From contig NMRA01000009.1 in NCBI GenBank assembly GCA_002633005.1, forward strand, positions 1,163,169-1,227,168: 64,000 bases of DNA. Reading direction: 5' to 3'. The notes below the pieces were generated by a model. That model was not told the origin of the DNA and did no database searches. It was given only the letters and a program-made list of their open reading frames with translations. Within the stretch, counting starts at the first letter, position 1. Every line of letters starts with the position of its first letter. Positions 38,653 through 52,400 of the stretch are shown here, piece after piece. A program made the translations under genes and the position numbers. The DNA comes from Phoronis australis (lineage: Eukaryota; Animalia; Phoronida).

Positions 38653-40212
38653 AGGAGGCCAACTGACTTATGACTGACCAATTTCTGGACCTAGCCGTCT
38701 AGGCAGGTCAGTGCTGAATACAAGGAATTTGGTGGTAAGATGGGGCTAATCTTATATAAAGTGAACAGCATACCCTGATCAGTTAGAAATGAATGACACG
38801 TGCCTTGCTCGTCTACTTGAGCTGGTCACTGGGATTGAAAATACTCAGCTGAGATTTTGATCTACTGCATTCTTTGCATCACTTACTTTAGCATGGAACA
38901 ACGCTGCTTTTTTAGCAGACTGCAAAGGTCAACTAACACCTAATATATTTATAGGAGTATGTTAGACGATAACAAAATAGAAGTCTTGGAATATGCAGAC
39001 CACAGCTAAGAGTTCAAACTCCTTCCGTTAGGCTACAGATGTTTATTAATTTGATTCAACATAAATACGCATGTTCAACAATGTTATACAGTTGAAACAT
39101 TCTTTGCACAATTACCCATAAACTTCAGTAACAAAAACAACAGATGGAAGTCTTGCAGGATTATATCGCAACAGGAGCCAAATACACCATACGTATCTGA
39201 ACAGAACACAAAGTCACTCCAGTCTAATCAGTCCCCCCTATGGTTATAAGTCTTATTTTGTATCAATTGACTCTAAATGAATCCTAGTATACCTGTTGAT
39301 GAGTGAGGTTGTATTGTACATGTGCACATTAGAAATCTGAGTTTTTATCCATTCACAGTTCTGTTCAATTGAGGCCCTTATAAATCATCTCCTGCTGCCA
39401 AAAAACGTCCTTCACAGCTCATTGTGTATCCTTCGCTTGAAATGAAATTGGTTACAAAAAATGTAGTATTCCCAGTGAAGACCAAAATTTGATTTTGAGT
39501 TTCATGGAATAGTCTATAAAATTTCTGAATTTTCATCTTCTGTCTTAACTTAGTTAAAATTTTGATCTTACCTTAGACTGTTTTTTGGTAGGTTTTCATG
39601 AAACAGGTTCTTAAGTTTGTAAAATCTTCTTGATCTATTAAAACCAACATATACATAACTTTATGATGAAATAAGATCAGTTTCTTGAAAAGCAGTTGGA
39701 TTCAAATTAAATCAAAATACCAGTGAGTCCGGTCACGTGTTTAATTCACCAGAAAGTCTAATATATGCTACTGTGAACTCACTGTTGGCTCCACCAATAC
39801 AAGATGATAAAGAAACAAAAAAAACAATGCTGGCATCAATGGACAATGATTTAGGAATATAGCCCATTTAAATCACAAGTTCACACCTACAGGGGTCACA
39901 TAGTTACAAATTTAGGCAAAATTATAACATATGTAACAGAAACTACCACACACATTTTAAAATTTTAGACAGTACCTATGCTGTTTTTGCAATTATTTCT
40001 TTTTAGACAAGCTATTTGTGACATGTTTCCAAACTGAAGATTTTTTACCATATATCCTGCAGTACACCCTTCAGAATGGACCCAACAATCAGGGTTCCTT
40101 TTCAAAACAAAGGCAATAAAAGTAATTGATACCATACATTTCGAGAATTCTGACGCTACCAAGCCAGAGTATACAATGCAGCTCATATCCAATAATAATA
40201 TATCCGATATAC

Positions 40213-40346
40213 CAGGGCGGATTTTAGAAGTGACAGGGGGTTTACTGCTCCAGCAGTGACATTTATTGAGGTGGCAGCATTATTTTTTGTCGTGCCTCCA
40301 GAGGAGGGTTTACACTCCCTAAATCCACTCCCTAGATCCATCACTG
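40213..40346. mobile_element. Small degenerate MITE in the BSDC1 3'UTR
   Basis: cagggcggattttag ... ctagatccatcactg imperfect TIRs. Confidence 0.45.
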
Positions 40347-40364
40347 CTTCCAAACTGACTGTAG

Positions 40365-40403
40365 TTAATCCCAATTCTCCCAGTCGTCATTGTCCTCTTC
40401 ATT
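40365..40403 (-). CDS. BSDC1: BSDC1 terminal coding exon
   Basis: cttgcag|NEEDNDDWENWD-TAA, like the human WEDWE C-terminus. Confidence 0.82.
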   Translation of the reverse strand, partial: NEEDNDDWENWD

Positions 40404-43400
40404 CTGCAAGAATAAGGAACTTTAATCAAGCAAAGTGGTCGCACCTCGTGAGAACAAGGAATGATTTGAATTGTCGCCATTCGTAAACCTTGATTAGGTC
40501 ATGTTACTGACACCATTGTGTTTATGCTTAATTTTGCTAAACAGGAGCAAATACGAAGTAATGAAATTCCCTCATGACTGCACGGCAAACTGTATGCCTC
40601 TAGACGTGTCACCAGTATTGTCGTAGTCTCTCTAATAGAAAACTATTTGCCACATTGACACTTTATGAAAAAACGTCAATAAACTCCAAAGATACAACCG
40701 CAAACTTAAAAAATCAAATTGCCTCTAGGAGGCACAATAGTAGTTAGATCTGTCTATTTGTTGTCAAGTTCAATGAATAAACTTGACAAATTTCAGAGAT
40801 TCCACAAGAAGCTTAATTGGGAAATACAGCCACAGATGCAAAAAATAGAAGGCACCACAGCAGTCGGCTACATTTGAAAATCAAAGTCAGTCATACTTAT
40901 ATCAGTCGGAGCACAAGCCAATTTTCATGATGCATGCACAGCAGTTTGATGACTACACAGGCAGATGACAAAAAGCTGACTTGAAAAATAATGAAAATGG
41001 ACACTCGATGGCACAGAATATGCCAAACCCGTCACAAAATGCAAAGGTGCTGTCGTCTCCATAATAGAATTCAAACCTATTTGCAAATTTCATGGAAAAC
41101 TGTCTAACTCTGAGGCAAACACAAAAATGAAATTGCCACTAGGGGTTTCTGCAGTAATCAGATTGCTTCACAGGACCACATAATTCATGCTAAATCTCAT
41201 GAATATCGAGCATCAGGTTTAAGAGATATATTAAGTAGACGCTGGATGCCCGACAGAGATAATGGCAATATGCACCAACATACGTATAAGTGCATAAAAA
41301 GACATGGTCTAGTGACACAATCAATGACAGATCAATATAATAATTGATGTCTAATAATCTAAATTCCGCTAGATATTGTTCAAAAACTACATAATTGTAG
41401 TGCCACAGTACAGATAGTTTGTAGTCACTGGATACCGAGACGATGCAAACTAAAGGTACGTAAACTATGTGTTGAGTGCCTGGCTCATCTCCCTTGCCTG
41501 GCTTATCTCCCCTGTACATCATAAACTAACAACAAATGTACACAATTTGAAACAGTTGATTTTCATTGAAGAAATGTGACCACAGGATTTTAAGATGACA
41601 GATTCTGAGTTGCCAGTAATAACAAATATGATACTTAATGCTTTGCGCATTTTTGTAACTTATTTACAACAACTTTGAATGCAAATTTGATCTAATTTAA
41701 ACACTTGCCAATGATCATGACTGCCATATTAAAATCAAAGATGGTGACCAGCTGTGGAGATCAACAAACCACCACTGTCAGGTTTCAAGGCCCGAGGTCT
41801 ACTCTTTGTACCCAAAATCTAACTCAAAATTATTTGTGGCATTATCTATTCTGACCTCAAGATAAGTGTCTAAATTGTGTGCTCAAGTTCATTATGGTCT
41901 ATACACATGCATTTCTAGTTCCTGCCTGATGTCCCCTAGATAAGATTTGAGCTATAAACTAGAGTAAACTCAAGATTTGGAGCAAAAACTTGAAATTTCG
42001 AGTACAGTCTCAAACTTTAAGTAATAATCTTGGCGTTGTCAAGTGCAAACTAGGATTAAACAGTTACATGCACAACCGTCACATACTAAAACACAGTATA
42101 ACACAGTCACTTATCTTGAGTTGGCACAATTAAAGCAGAATTATACAAAAAACCAAAACTGATTTCTAGTTTAATTTCCAGTAAAAAGATTAGACCCTAG
42201 GCTCAAGTCAACAGCAACAGTTCATGATTACCCCTTATAAAAATTACTCAGTGCCATTTCCAATGAAAGCATACGAAACTTTCGCCTGACTACATTAATG
42301 TCAAGTGCAAATTTTTTATTTTTTCAAAATCTCAGTGAAACTCATCTACAGACCAGGTGTCTTCAACAATCAACATTTCTGTAGCTATCGTATCAATACA
42401 GTTAAACATCCTTCATCCAATTTCAAAAAATTCCAGTTAGTTTAAGAGACAAGTTTCTGTTGCTTTCGCCTTGATGTCCTTTTTATTGTTTAATTTCTTG
42501 ATTTCGAAATCAATTTCAGTTCATTAAAAAATGCCAAAGAGATGAACTGTATAATTGGCATGGCATTCAATGTGATGAAGGGATCCACATAAAACTTTTT
42601 GTAGGTTTTGTGCGCCTTGAGAATTTTGATTTTTACAGACTATTTAATGGATGCGTGTTTGCACCTTTTCGTCGGTTTTTAGAAGAGTCTCGGCTTCCTT
42701 CATAACCTTGAGGTCATCTTCAGTCACTTCAAAGTCTTGCTCCCAGTCATCATCCAAACTGCTCAACTCTGTAATAAGAGATGAAACATTTAGATTTACA
42801 AATAAAAGTGCTTAATATTAAAACCAAACCTAAAACGGATTTTGGAGGACAACACAAAAAGCATGACATCCCAAAGTTCAGTATCAATCTGATCAGCTAT
42901 TTCTGAGATATGACATTCTGAAAAGGAATTTTCTAGGGTCCTACATACTAATCATGAAACTTGGTCATGATAGATGGCGTTGGTTTGGTACAAGAGTACC
43001 ACCCTAAACACTAAATTTTATTAATTATCAATGTTGACTCGATGTCGTTAGCCGGTTCAATCATCAAACTTTCCGAAAATAGTTTAAAGTTATTGCAACA
43101 GTGTAAATAACACTCAACATGCAATCGGGTCCCAAACGTTACATCTGAAACAGGACTGTTAATTATATGACAGTTCTGTCTCAGTTTTCAATTGCTAAAC
43201 ATTATATCATCTGCAACTCAGGCGTGGCACTGACGTCAGAACACCATCCCATACGTGTGACAATTGAATCTTAAACCGCCTCTTTTATTTAAAGAGAGAC
43301 TCTCAATGCGCCGCCTGGTCAAAACGCCATCAATTGGCCAGAATAACGATAATGTCACAAGCCAAGCTGAAGTCCGTGAGATGCGGATGCAACGTCGCTA

Positions 43401-46400
43401 ATTTTTGTAAGTTTTTATTCCAGTATTACACTCAAACTTTAACTGTTTTCTTAACTAGATGTCTCGAAAATATCATGCTTTTATTTTTATTTTGAGTTGA
43501 TCCAATTTACAGTGAATTGTTTCCATGCATTGCATTACTGTCTCATCACCTCTACATCGACATGACATCAATGACAATGGACAATATTTTAAACGAAAAG
43601 GAGAATGTCTCTGTGTTCATCAATATTAAAACAAATCCCATACGAAAATGAGTCACAGAATACCTTCTCGGCACATAAAACTCTAATTATCACTATCGAG
43701 ACTTAACATAAATCAGATTTTTTATTTTGAAGGTGCACATTGAATACTGAAGTAACGAATGACGCAGTGCCTAGAGAATTGATTAAGAACAAAAACTGTT
43801 CTTATAGATCCCAAGTTTCATCATTTCTTGGTCCATTTTTATAAAAAATACTCAGGCAAAATTGTTCATCTAAACATTACACTTTACCCAACAACAATTT
43901 CCTGCATGTCGGGAAAGAAATGGTTGTATACCTTTTTTGCTGTCCTCTTCACTAGATGCCGCCGGTGACGACATCTCCGTGCCCACCACAACAGTGTCTC
44001 CCATTTCTCGCGTCTTCAACTCGGTCAGTTCACAGTTCTCATCCTTATCAGTGTCATGCCTATGGTCTACTTTGACTGGTGTATCTATGTCATCACCAGT
44101 TGCCAGTGATCTAGAGGTAGACATCTCAACTAATGTATTCTCACATCCGCTAACCTCCTCACTACCAGCATCACAACTAGGCTGTTCTGAAGCCTCTTTT
44201 TCAACAGTCACCAACTCAGACGTTCCTTTATCACCAAGCCCGCTCACATCAACCTCAGTACTTTCGCATGTCTCATTTTCCAATTGACAAACCGTCTCTG
44301 TAGCTCCGATGCATTCGGTGTGCTTTGCAGGAGAGCCCGATATCGATATGCTTTCAAATTCATCTGCAAATTAACAAAACATTGATATATTATTTGTTTA
44401 GAAATGTAAAAACGAAAATAAGCATCATCAAAGCAAGTTTTATTCAAGTGCAAGTGGAGTGCTAGAATCACATGCTTGGAAAAGTCGACTTTTCAATCTC
44501 AATGTCTGCAGTAAGGACCGTGTAACCGTGTAACCTCTTAAGAATATGAAAATTATGCAAATTGACATGCAGTATGCATATTTTTGAAAGTTCTTTTATG
44601 TTGAAAAAAATGTGACATAAGAGGGAAAAAAACAAAAATTGAGACATTTTACTTTTGTGAAATTGGCCTCATAATAGGACTTACCATGACAAGATTATAT
44701 TTCGGGGTTATATTTCTGCAGACAACAAGATCATCAAAACAATCAGAGACTCAAAACACACTTCAGAGTAACTGGACTGAGGTCACCCAAAAACTATGAA
44801 TTTGAAAATGGCACATGTACTCACTGCTTCTGACTCAAATTGACAGTAAGAATATTACAGGACTGATTTTAAGAGTAAATGGCTTCATTAATTAAAATTT
44901 AGTTTTATAGCCAGCTAAACAGGATGAAATGCAGCTTTTTGAAAATAAAAAACTCTACCAGTACGCTGCAGAAACGCACAATAATTTAACAAAATGTGAA
45001 CAAGAACTTGCTAAAAAGAACACACACCATCGTCCCATGAAATGTCCTCATGTTCCACTGTTTCTTGAGCACGGCACTTGAGAGCTTTACGTCTACATTC
45101 TTCCTGCTCAAGACAGTGAACTTTAAAGTAGTAGCGCTGCCAGAAGTCAGCGTGTGATACTTGTGTTGGCACCTAACAAACAAGTGACAAACAAAAATTC
45201 AGAAACAGTTGTCTGTACCGCGTATAATGCTGAGTGCAGAAAAATATTGAACGAAAATTCTTGGATTTTTTAGACGCGTTGATTCCTAATGCTTATTAGC
45301 ATTTTACTCAATCCAATTCCACCAACTGAGCTGAGAATAGAGAATAACAAACATGGGGTGCTTTGTAAGCCAAAAATGTTAATTCACATATCAGCGGATA
45401 TAATGAGATACAGTCGCTCTAAGTTCATGATTGCCGGTTCCTCTGCATACAACAAGTAAAACTAACCAATTTTGTATAAAGAGCTCTGACTTGGCTCACA
45501 TTAACCAACAGTTCTGAGATGTCTCCCTTGACACTTTCAATGTTAAATGTTGCAAGCCAATCATTGTACATCGCCTGATCCTCCTTCGCTGGTTCGTTCA
45601 GGTACGTGCCTGAGTCCAACTGGATGTCATTCAGCCGAGCCTGCAAATTAGACAGAGAATGTCTTCAGTGATGGAGAAGTCAAAAGGAGAATAAAGTGTG
45701 CTTCAAAGGGTGGGAGACTGCGAAAGGGATTGTGGCAATTAGTCAATATTTTGAGTTTTAATTTTTTCTAAGAGTGAAAACAAATTTACAACACTGTAGC
45801 TTCAAAAGAAGGTTGGTAACAACAATATTGATTAATTGGCTATAAACCAGCTATCCCAACAATACTAACAAGGCACTTGTCAAGACCAAAATGGCCACTA
45901 TGGGGTGTTGCAGAGGTCCAATTCACCCAAAAATCAACTTGTGTCGGAGCACTGTCATCATATTTCCCTGTATTAAGTGTCAGCAAAATGTCAACCAATC
46001 TTCAGATATCATCTGGAAATGACCTTCAACAAAAATATTGAAAAGTCCCTCCCCTGGTCTCAAGCCAAATCGGAAAGTGACGAGCACCATCCAAGTGATG
46101 CCCAACACCATTGTGCCAAACTTCAACAAAATACCACCAGGGGATTTTATGATAAAGAGCAAACAATTGGCAACACGAGAAAGGGGTACTGCAGTGGTCA
46201 AATCCACCCAAAAATGGACAGGTCCAGGAAAATTAAAACCACATACACCTGTGTCAAGTTTCACTGAATCCCATCAACTGGTTCACTAGACAACATCTGG
46301 AAATGCTCTTCTCTCAAGGGTGAAAAACCTCTTAGGAAGATCCAAATGGCCAAATAGCGTCGCAGAGGTTAAATCCGTCTGAAAGTCAACTGTTGCCGGC

Positions 46401-49400
46401 AGATTGCTACCACCTCTGCATCAAAATTCATTAAAATCTGACAATCAATTCCATGGAATATCATTCAAAAATTACCTTCTCCTAAACATATTGACAAAGC
46501 CCCTTGTCAAGATGAAAATGGCCAGTAGGGGCTGCTGCTGCAGTGATCAATCCTGTTCAGAAATCAACTAGTGCCATGCATTGACGACACATACCTCTCT
46601 CTCAAATTTCATAAAATTCGATCAGTGTCTCATCTATCATCCAGAAACAATCTTCCCAAAAATATTCAAAAGTCTCACCCCTAGCTATGGGTGCAGGGCA
46701 AATTGAAACGTGTTATGCCGAGGCATTGTCGTCTCACACCTCGGAGCCAAGTTTCATTGACACTCAAAATCATCCATTGGTTCTCATCATCTGGAAATGG
46801 TCTTCTCTCCAGGACGGCCAAGAAAGTCCTTTGTCAAGAACAAAGCAGCTACTAGGGGGGAGGGGGTTGCAATTGTTAAATCCATCAATCCACCAGAAAA
46901 TCATCCATCGGAAACGCTCTTCCTTCAAAAAATACCGAATAGCCCAACTCCTCTGAACCTATGTAGTCTAGTTGAAAAATGGCCCCTCGTGCACCCCCAG
47001 ACTTCAACATCAAAGTTGCATTTTTATGAAAAAAATTGTGTCGAAACGGAAAAATGATATTAACAAGCCGAAAAAATGCCCCACACGTGTTTTTTATGGA
47101 GATTAGTGCCACCAGTACCGGTTTTGCTACATTTTGCAGTATCTCCTCGACTATTTCACATAATTGAAAATGCTAATTTTATGTCTGAGCTTATGTTTTG
47201 TGGGTCAAACATTACACTAGAAATACAGGTAAGTGATAAAAGTTATCATATACATGGCACCCGTACAAAACAAACATATGGAAGAGAAATGCTGTGTGAG
47301 GCATGAAAATCCGCTATTTTCATTCAAATTCAGAACTTCGATGTTGACATTATTTTTAGGTTGAACCCAACCCAAAATATATCTTAGGTTCACTAAATGA
47401 AACAAGTTTTCATCTTTTATGAAAAGGAACATTGTTTCTATGACAGTCACGTGAAATTGGCCTGCATTCGAAATTTAGGCAGCTATCTAGGCAGATGTAA
47501 AAATCATGCCTAAAAGAAAATGAGGTCGAAGCTTATCTACTGAAGGCAAAGATCAGTCTCTACCCGTATGCATTCTTCGTTTAGATTCTGTAAATGAACA
47601 AGGCACTTTTACAGCCATACACAATGTGAGAGGAACATGTATGCAAAAAAACTACAGCAGCTTAAAGCTCGCATCGTCCAACAATTTGACAAAATAATAT
47701 CATCAAGGTTTCTTCCTTCCGCTTGCTTTACGTTGAGAATCTAAAACAAAACGGGTATGGGAATTTTAGGTACCATTCTAAGAAACTGTTGAATCGTTTC
47801 AAACCCAGGTAAACTTCACAAAAATTGATAGAGGAGACACTATCATTTTGGCTGTTTCATAGATCAAGTACAACAGTTTCCTCTGCTTTAGCACAAGCAT
47901 ACTGTTTAGGAAGTACACATAAAGGTCTGAAAACTGCACTCACTCTTCGAAATGACATTCTGATGGCATGCAAACAGTCACCAGAACTACTGCGGCCATT
48001 AACGGCCGATTATATGGAACTTGTTACTGTAAAACTTTTGTCTCCTGAACTGATCCTATTTGTTAGTTTGTTGACGACTGGGGTTGAAGGTCTCAACAAA
48101 AGTGAAAATTTCACGAGACTAATTTCTCTTATTGGATAAGTGGAAGTTACCATCAAAGCATGTACTTCTTTTTGTGACCACCACATAATAGTTTTTTGAA
48201 GCAAACAGCTACTATGACTTCGTTTTAGATTTTGAAACTGCATTGGCAAACGTGATGGGAGATGTGTGAACTTATCTTACTCTTCACAGTGAGGGTAACA
48301 GTATATCCCGTTGTGAGTGGGACAATTTGAATAAAATGACCACCAATGTACAGGGCAGCAACTTCGTCAACAGTGCTCGAGGAATCATGATTCAAGAGGT
48401 CAGGCCTGGTTTTGAAACCTCCGAAGATAAAAACAGTGCTAGTCATTAACAAGTAGCAGCCGACAACGAAGTCTTCAAGTAGAAACTCTTTCTTGGAACA
48501 ACAAATGGCCTTTTTTCAAGACCAACAAAGCCTCCCTTTGGCATTATCTTCTGGAAGACATCGTGCCAGAAGACTTTCATTATCATGATGCCATCTTGGA
48601 TGGCATGGTACATCTCAACAGTCACGTTACCTAATCTCCCTCCAGCATGTGGTGAGATCTGTTTACAAGTACCTGACAAGATGGCGACGAAGAAGCACTT
48701 CTTGTTCTTAACTGACACTAGAGCTGTCTCCCAGAACTATCAAGCCCAGGAGCGGTTCCGACGTGGCAGTTCAGAGAAGATAATCACGGGTGGACCAGAT
48801 ACACAAAAATCGTACGACTCCAAAACCTTTGTTGTAAACGATGACAACAATAAGCGATTCTATCAATTGTTACTGTAAATCTGAAGTGATGAGAAGTCAG
48901 TTTCCAGGTTGGAGAAGAGCGAGATGGCCATCCTGATTATAGTCTGAAAAGCCCGTGAACTTGTTACATCTGATGGCCAGGAAAGTCCACATTCTTTCTG
49001 ATCATAATTTTCTGAGTATTTGTTACTTTGAAATAATTTGGGATGTCATACAGTGAATTAATCTGATGTTTCAGGTTCATACTCAGGAGCACCAACATAT
49101 CTACAGCAACCAAGAAGAGACTGACACAAGAATTGTTTTGTACCTCCAGTACGTCATCTCACTTGGGCACAGAAACGCCGTCGTCAGTACCCCTCATGTG
49201 CGGCGAAGCACTGAAAAAAGTGGGGACTAAATCTCCACAGACCCCTGGGATGCACCTTCTATATACCACGGGCGGGGCAGCACTGAAAAGTAAGGGAGGG
49301 GGGCTATAGCCCCCAGCCCCCTATGGTGCACAGCTCGGGAGCCCTGACAATTTCATCTTTGTAATTCTGCTGTATCATGCTCACGCCATAAAGTTGATTA

Positions 49401-52400
49401 GTATATCTAGATGCATTGTTTGGAAAACAGCGGCAACTTCTGAATCTCTCCGACCTGGCCTAAATCTTTAGGAAAAGATTACCGTGAAACTGTACTTGGG
49501 TTCTATATAGACTAGAGAAGATTGCACCAGTGCCTTTAAAGGTGAAGAAAAGATTGGCCCCCATAAAAAACTGAAAACGAATCCAAAGTTTCGCTGAGCA
49601 CTCAGGCAACTTGGCATTGATTGGGCTGTAAGTTTTGAAAGAGATAGAGAAGTTCACCTGCCTCATGTACGAGTCGTAAATAATCGACAGATGGAACTCG
49701 TACCAAGATGTTGCGCAACATGGTTGGTGAACGTGAAATTCTCACTTACAAGTCCAAGGTTGACCTTGCTCGACTTCCCCAGTGCCTAGCTGCACGGAAA
49801 CCATATCCAACGAGTAAATCACCGTGTCGCTTTGTACAAGCATGCTTATGAATCCGTAACTGAACGGCCAAAACCCTATGAGGAAGGACAAGGGTGGATG
49901 CGGATTGACGAAGGAGTGTTAGAATTTTTGTTGCCGCGTGGTCCTATCTTACCAAACTCACTGATTGATATTTTGTTCACCGATGTTTGTGAAGTGGAAG
50001 AGGAAAGTGGTGAGTTGTATGGCAGTTTTATGGAAAGCGATAAACGTGACATGGAGGAATGGAACATGTAAGCAATGACATTAGCATCTGATGAGTGCCC
50101 ATGTTTCTGCAATCAATTCCCTGCGTTTTTTCCTTGAGATATTTAAAAATTTGTTGAAACCCAGTTCACTAAAAAGCTGACAATACAATCCCTGAAAGTT
50201 GTCCATTTAGTGTTTATATTCTTGGCTTATGTACACGTTCAGTGTAGTATTGATTGAAAGTAACCATATAATGCAAATCAGACGCAATAGATCATGAGAA
50301 AATTATTCCTTCATAATGCTTGACCCTCAAAAATATCTGTTTTGACACTTGATTTGTTCAATTATAGGAAAAAGAAAGTCCGATATCATCAAATAACGAA
50401 AAATCGGTAATGCCGGCACCAATTTGCATGAAACTCATGTGGGACATTTTTTCGGTTTGTTGACATCTTTTTGTCGGTTTTCACACTGCCCAAAATTCAA
50501 CTGGTGCCAGCACAATTCGGTCACATACTTGTGTGTTAACCTTCCATCAATTAGTTCTCTAGATATCATCTACAAATTAATTCTCTTCCCCCCAAAAGAC
50601 CACAACAAAATGGCCGTGGCAGGATGCTACAGTGGTCGAATCTACACGAAAGTCGACTAGTGCCGATGCATTATTGTCACATACTTCTATATCAATTTTC
50701 AATGAAATTTCACAGATTGGTTCTCAAGATACCATCCACCCAAAAGTACAGCTGCAAAAGTTCCTTGTCAATACCAAACCGGCCACTTTGGGGGTGCTGC
50801 ACTGGCTGAATTCATCCGAAAGTCGACTGGTGCCAGCACATTATCGTCACATATCTGTGTCAAGTTTCGGTTCTCTAACTATCGTCTGGAAACACTTTCT
50901 CACAAAAGACACAGGAAAGTCCTGCCCCTCTAGGCATGCACCATCGTCCTGCCCCTCTAGCCATGCACAACAGTGATGCCCAAATTTCATCAAAATCTTT
51001 TTGACATATCCAGACAACAAAACATCCAGACAGGAGGATGACACTACTAGTATGCAACCACTAATTACATTACAAACCTAATGAAATGAATAAGTAATTA
51101 CAAACATGAGAATAGAAAAGCTTGATGGTGAATTCTAACAGTCAATGGTGATTCTCCTTGAAGTGTGATAAAGGTGTAATGATCTTCCTATCGAGTATAG
51201 GATACCAGCATGTCCATACCTGAGCCCTGTCATAAAAAGTCTTTTTTGACACGGTGATTGGCTCTTCGTCCCCGTCATCAGGCGGAATGGTCAACACATT
51301 CGTTATAGACTCCAAGAAACTGGTAACGCTGTCACGCACAATGCCGGAGCTTTGAGATCCACTTTCTGGTTTCTGGAGGGGTAAAACAGTTAGCAAGGTA
51401 CAATTTCACCAATTTTGGACAAAAATAATACGTAAATTGATCTTTATTCTTTTTTAACATAGCTGTGAAGTTCCACAACTTAGTAAAAGATTTGTCAGGT
51501 GGTAGCTATGGTATAGCACTTGAAAATGGTGAAGCATTTATCTAGTGATAGTTGTTGCTTATGGACAACAAAAAAGTTAAAATTTCAATTGTCGTCATAT
51601 ACTGTTCTTAACTAATGACATTTTATCATAGTAATCGCTATATTGTGCTAAACTGCAATGGTTTTAAGAAAAAAATGTTTTTGTCCATGAAATGGCACAT
51701 GAAGGTTTGACCTATAGTGAACATTATCTGAATAGCAACAGATAAGCACTTCCTAAATGTCAACTGAGAGATGAATTAGAAAAATAAGAAACAAAAAAAT
51801 CCGCACTTAAATTTCTTAAACTAACACATGACTGTATACACTCAGTCAGGCTCAACTGGATTGAAAGGTAAATTTTAAAAAGTCAGATTTATGATTCACA
51901 TATGAGCATCGGGCAATACTGAGAGTGTTCTTTTATGCACGACACAACACATTTAGGCAAGCTCTGGTGAGACCTCATTGCATTGACGACACAACATAAC
52001 TCATACAGTACAAGCCAAAAGTAATCAAACAAAATGACCCAAACTTCCCAATCATGATGGCTGGGTAGATGGCCGAATTCATTATCAACATAGTCTTTAC
52101 TTAAAACTGAAAATGAAAGGAAAGTTAGGTGGCAAAGCCATTCTGTAATTAGAACTTTGACAATCTCATAATTAAGACTTTGTTTAGAATTTTTTGTTGT
52201 TAGCAAAATTAGCTGTCATGACAGAAAATCTCTATTTTGTCCGATTACTTTTGTCTGGTAATGTACATGCCCCTTGATTTTTTAATTAAAAATTTGTACA
52301 GTTAAATGTTGGTGTGAATAAAAGGTAATTTATTAGAAAAAGTCACTTAACAAAATAATCCCAGGCAGTTTTGTACATGTCGTACCAGACATGAACAGGC

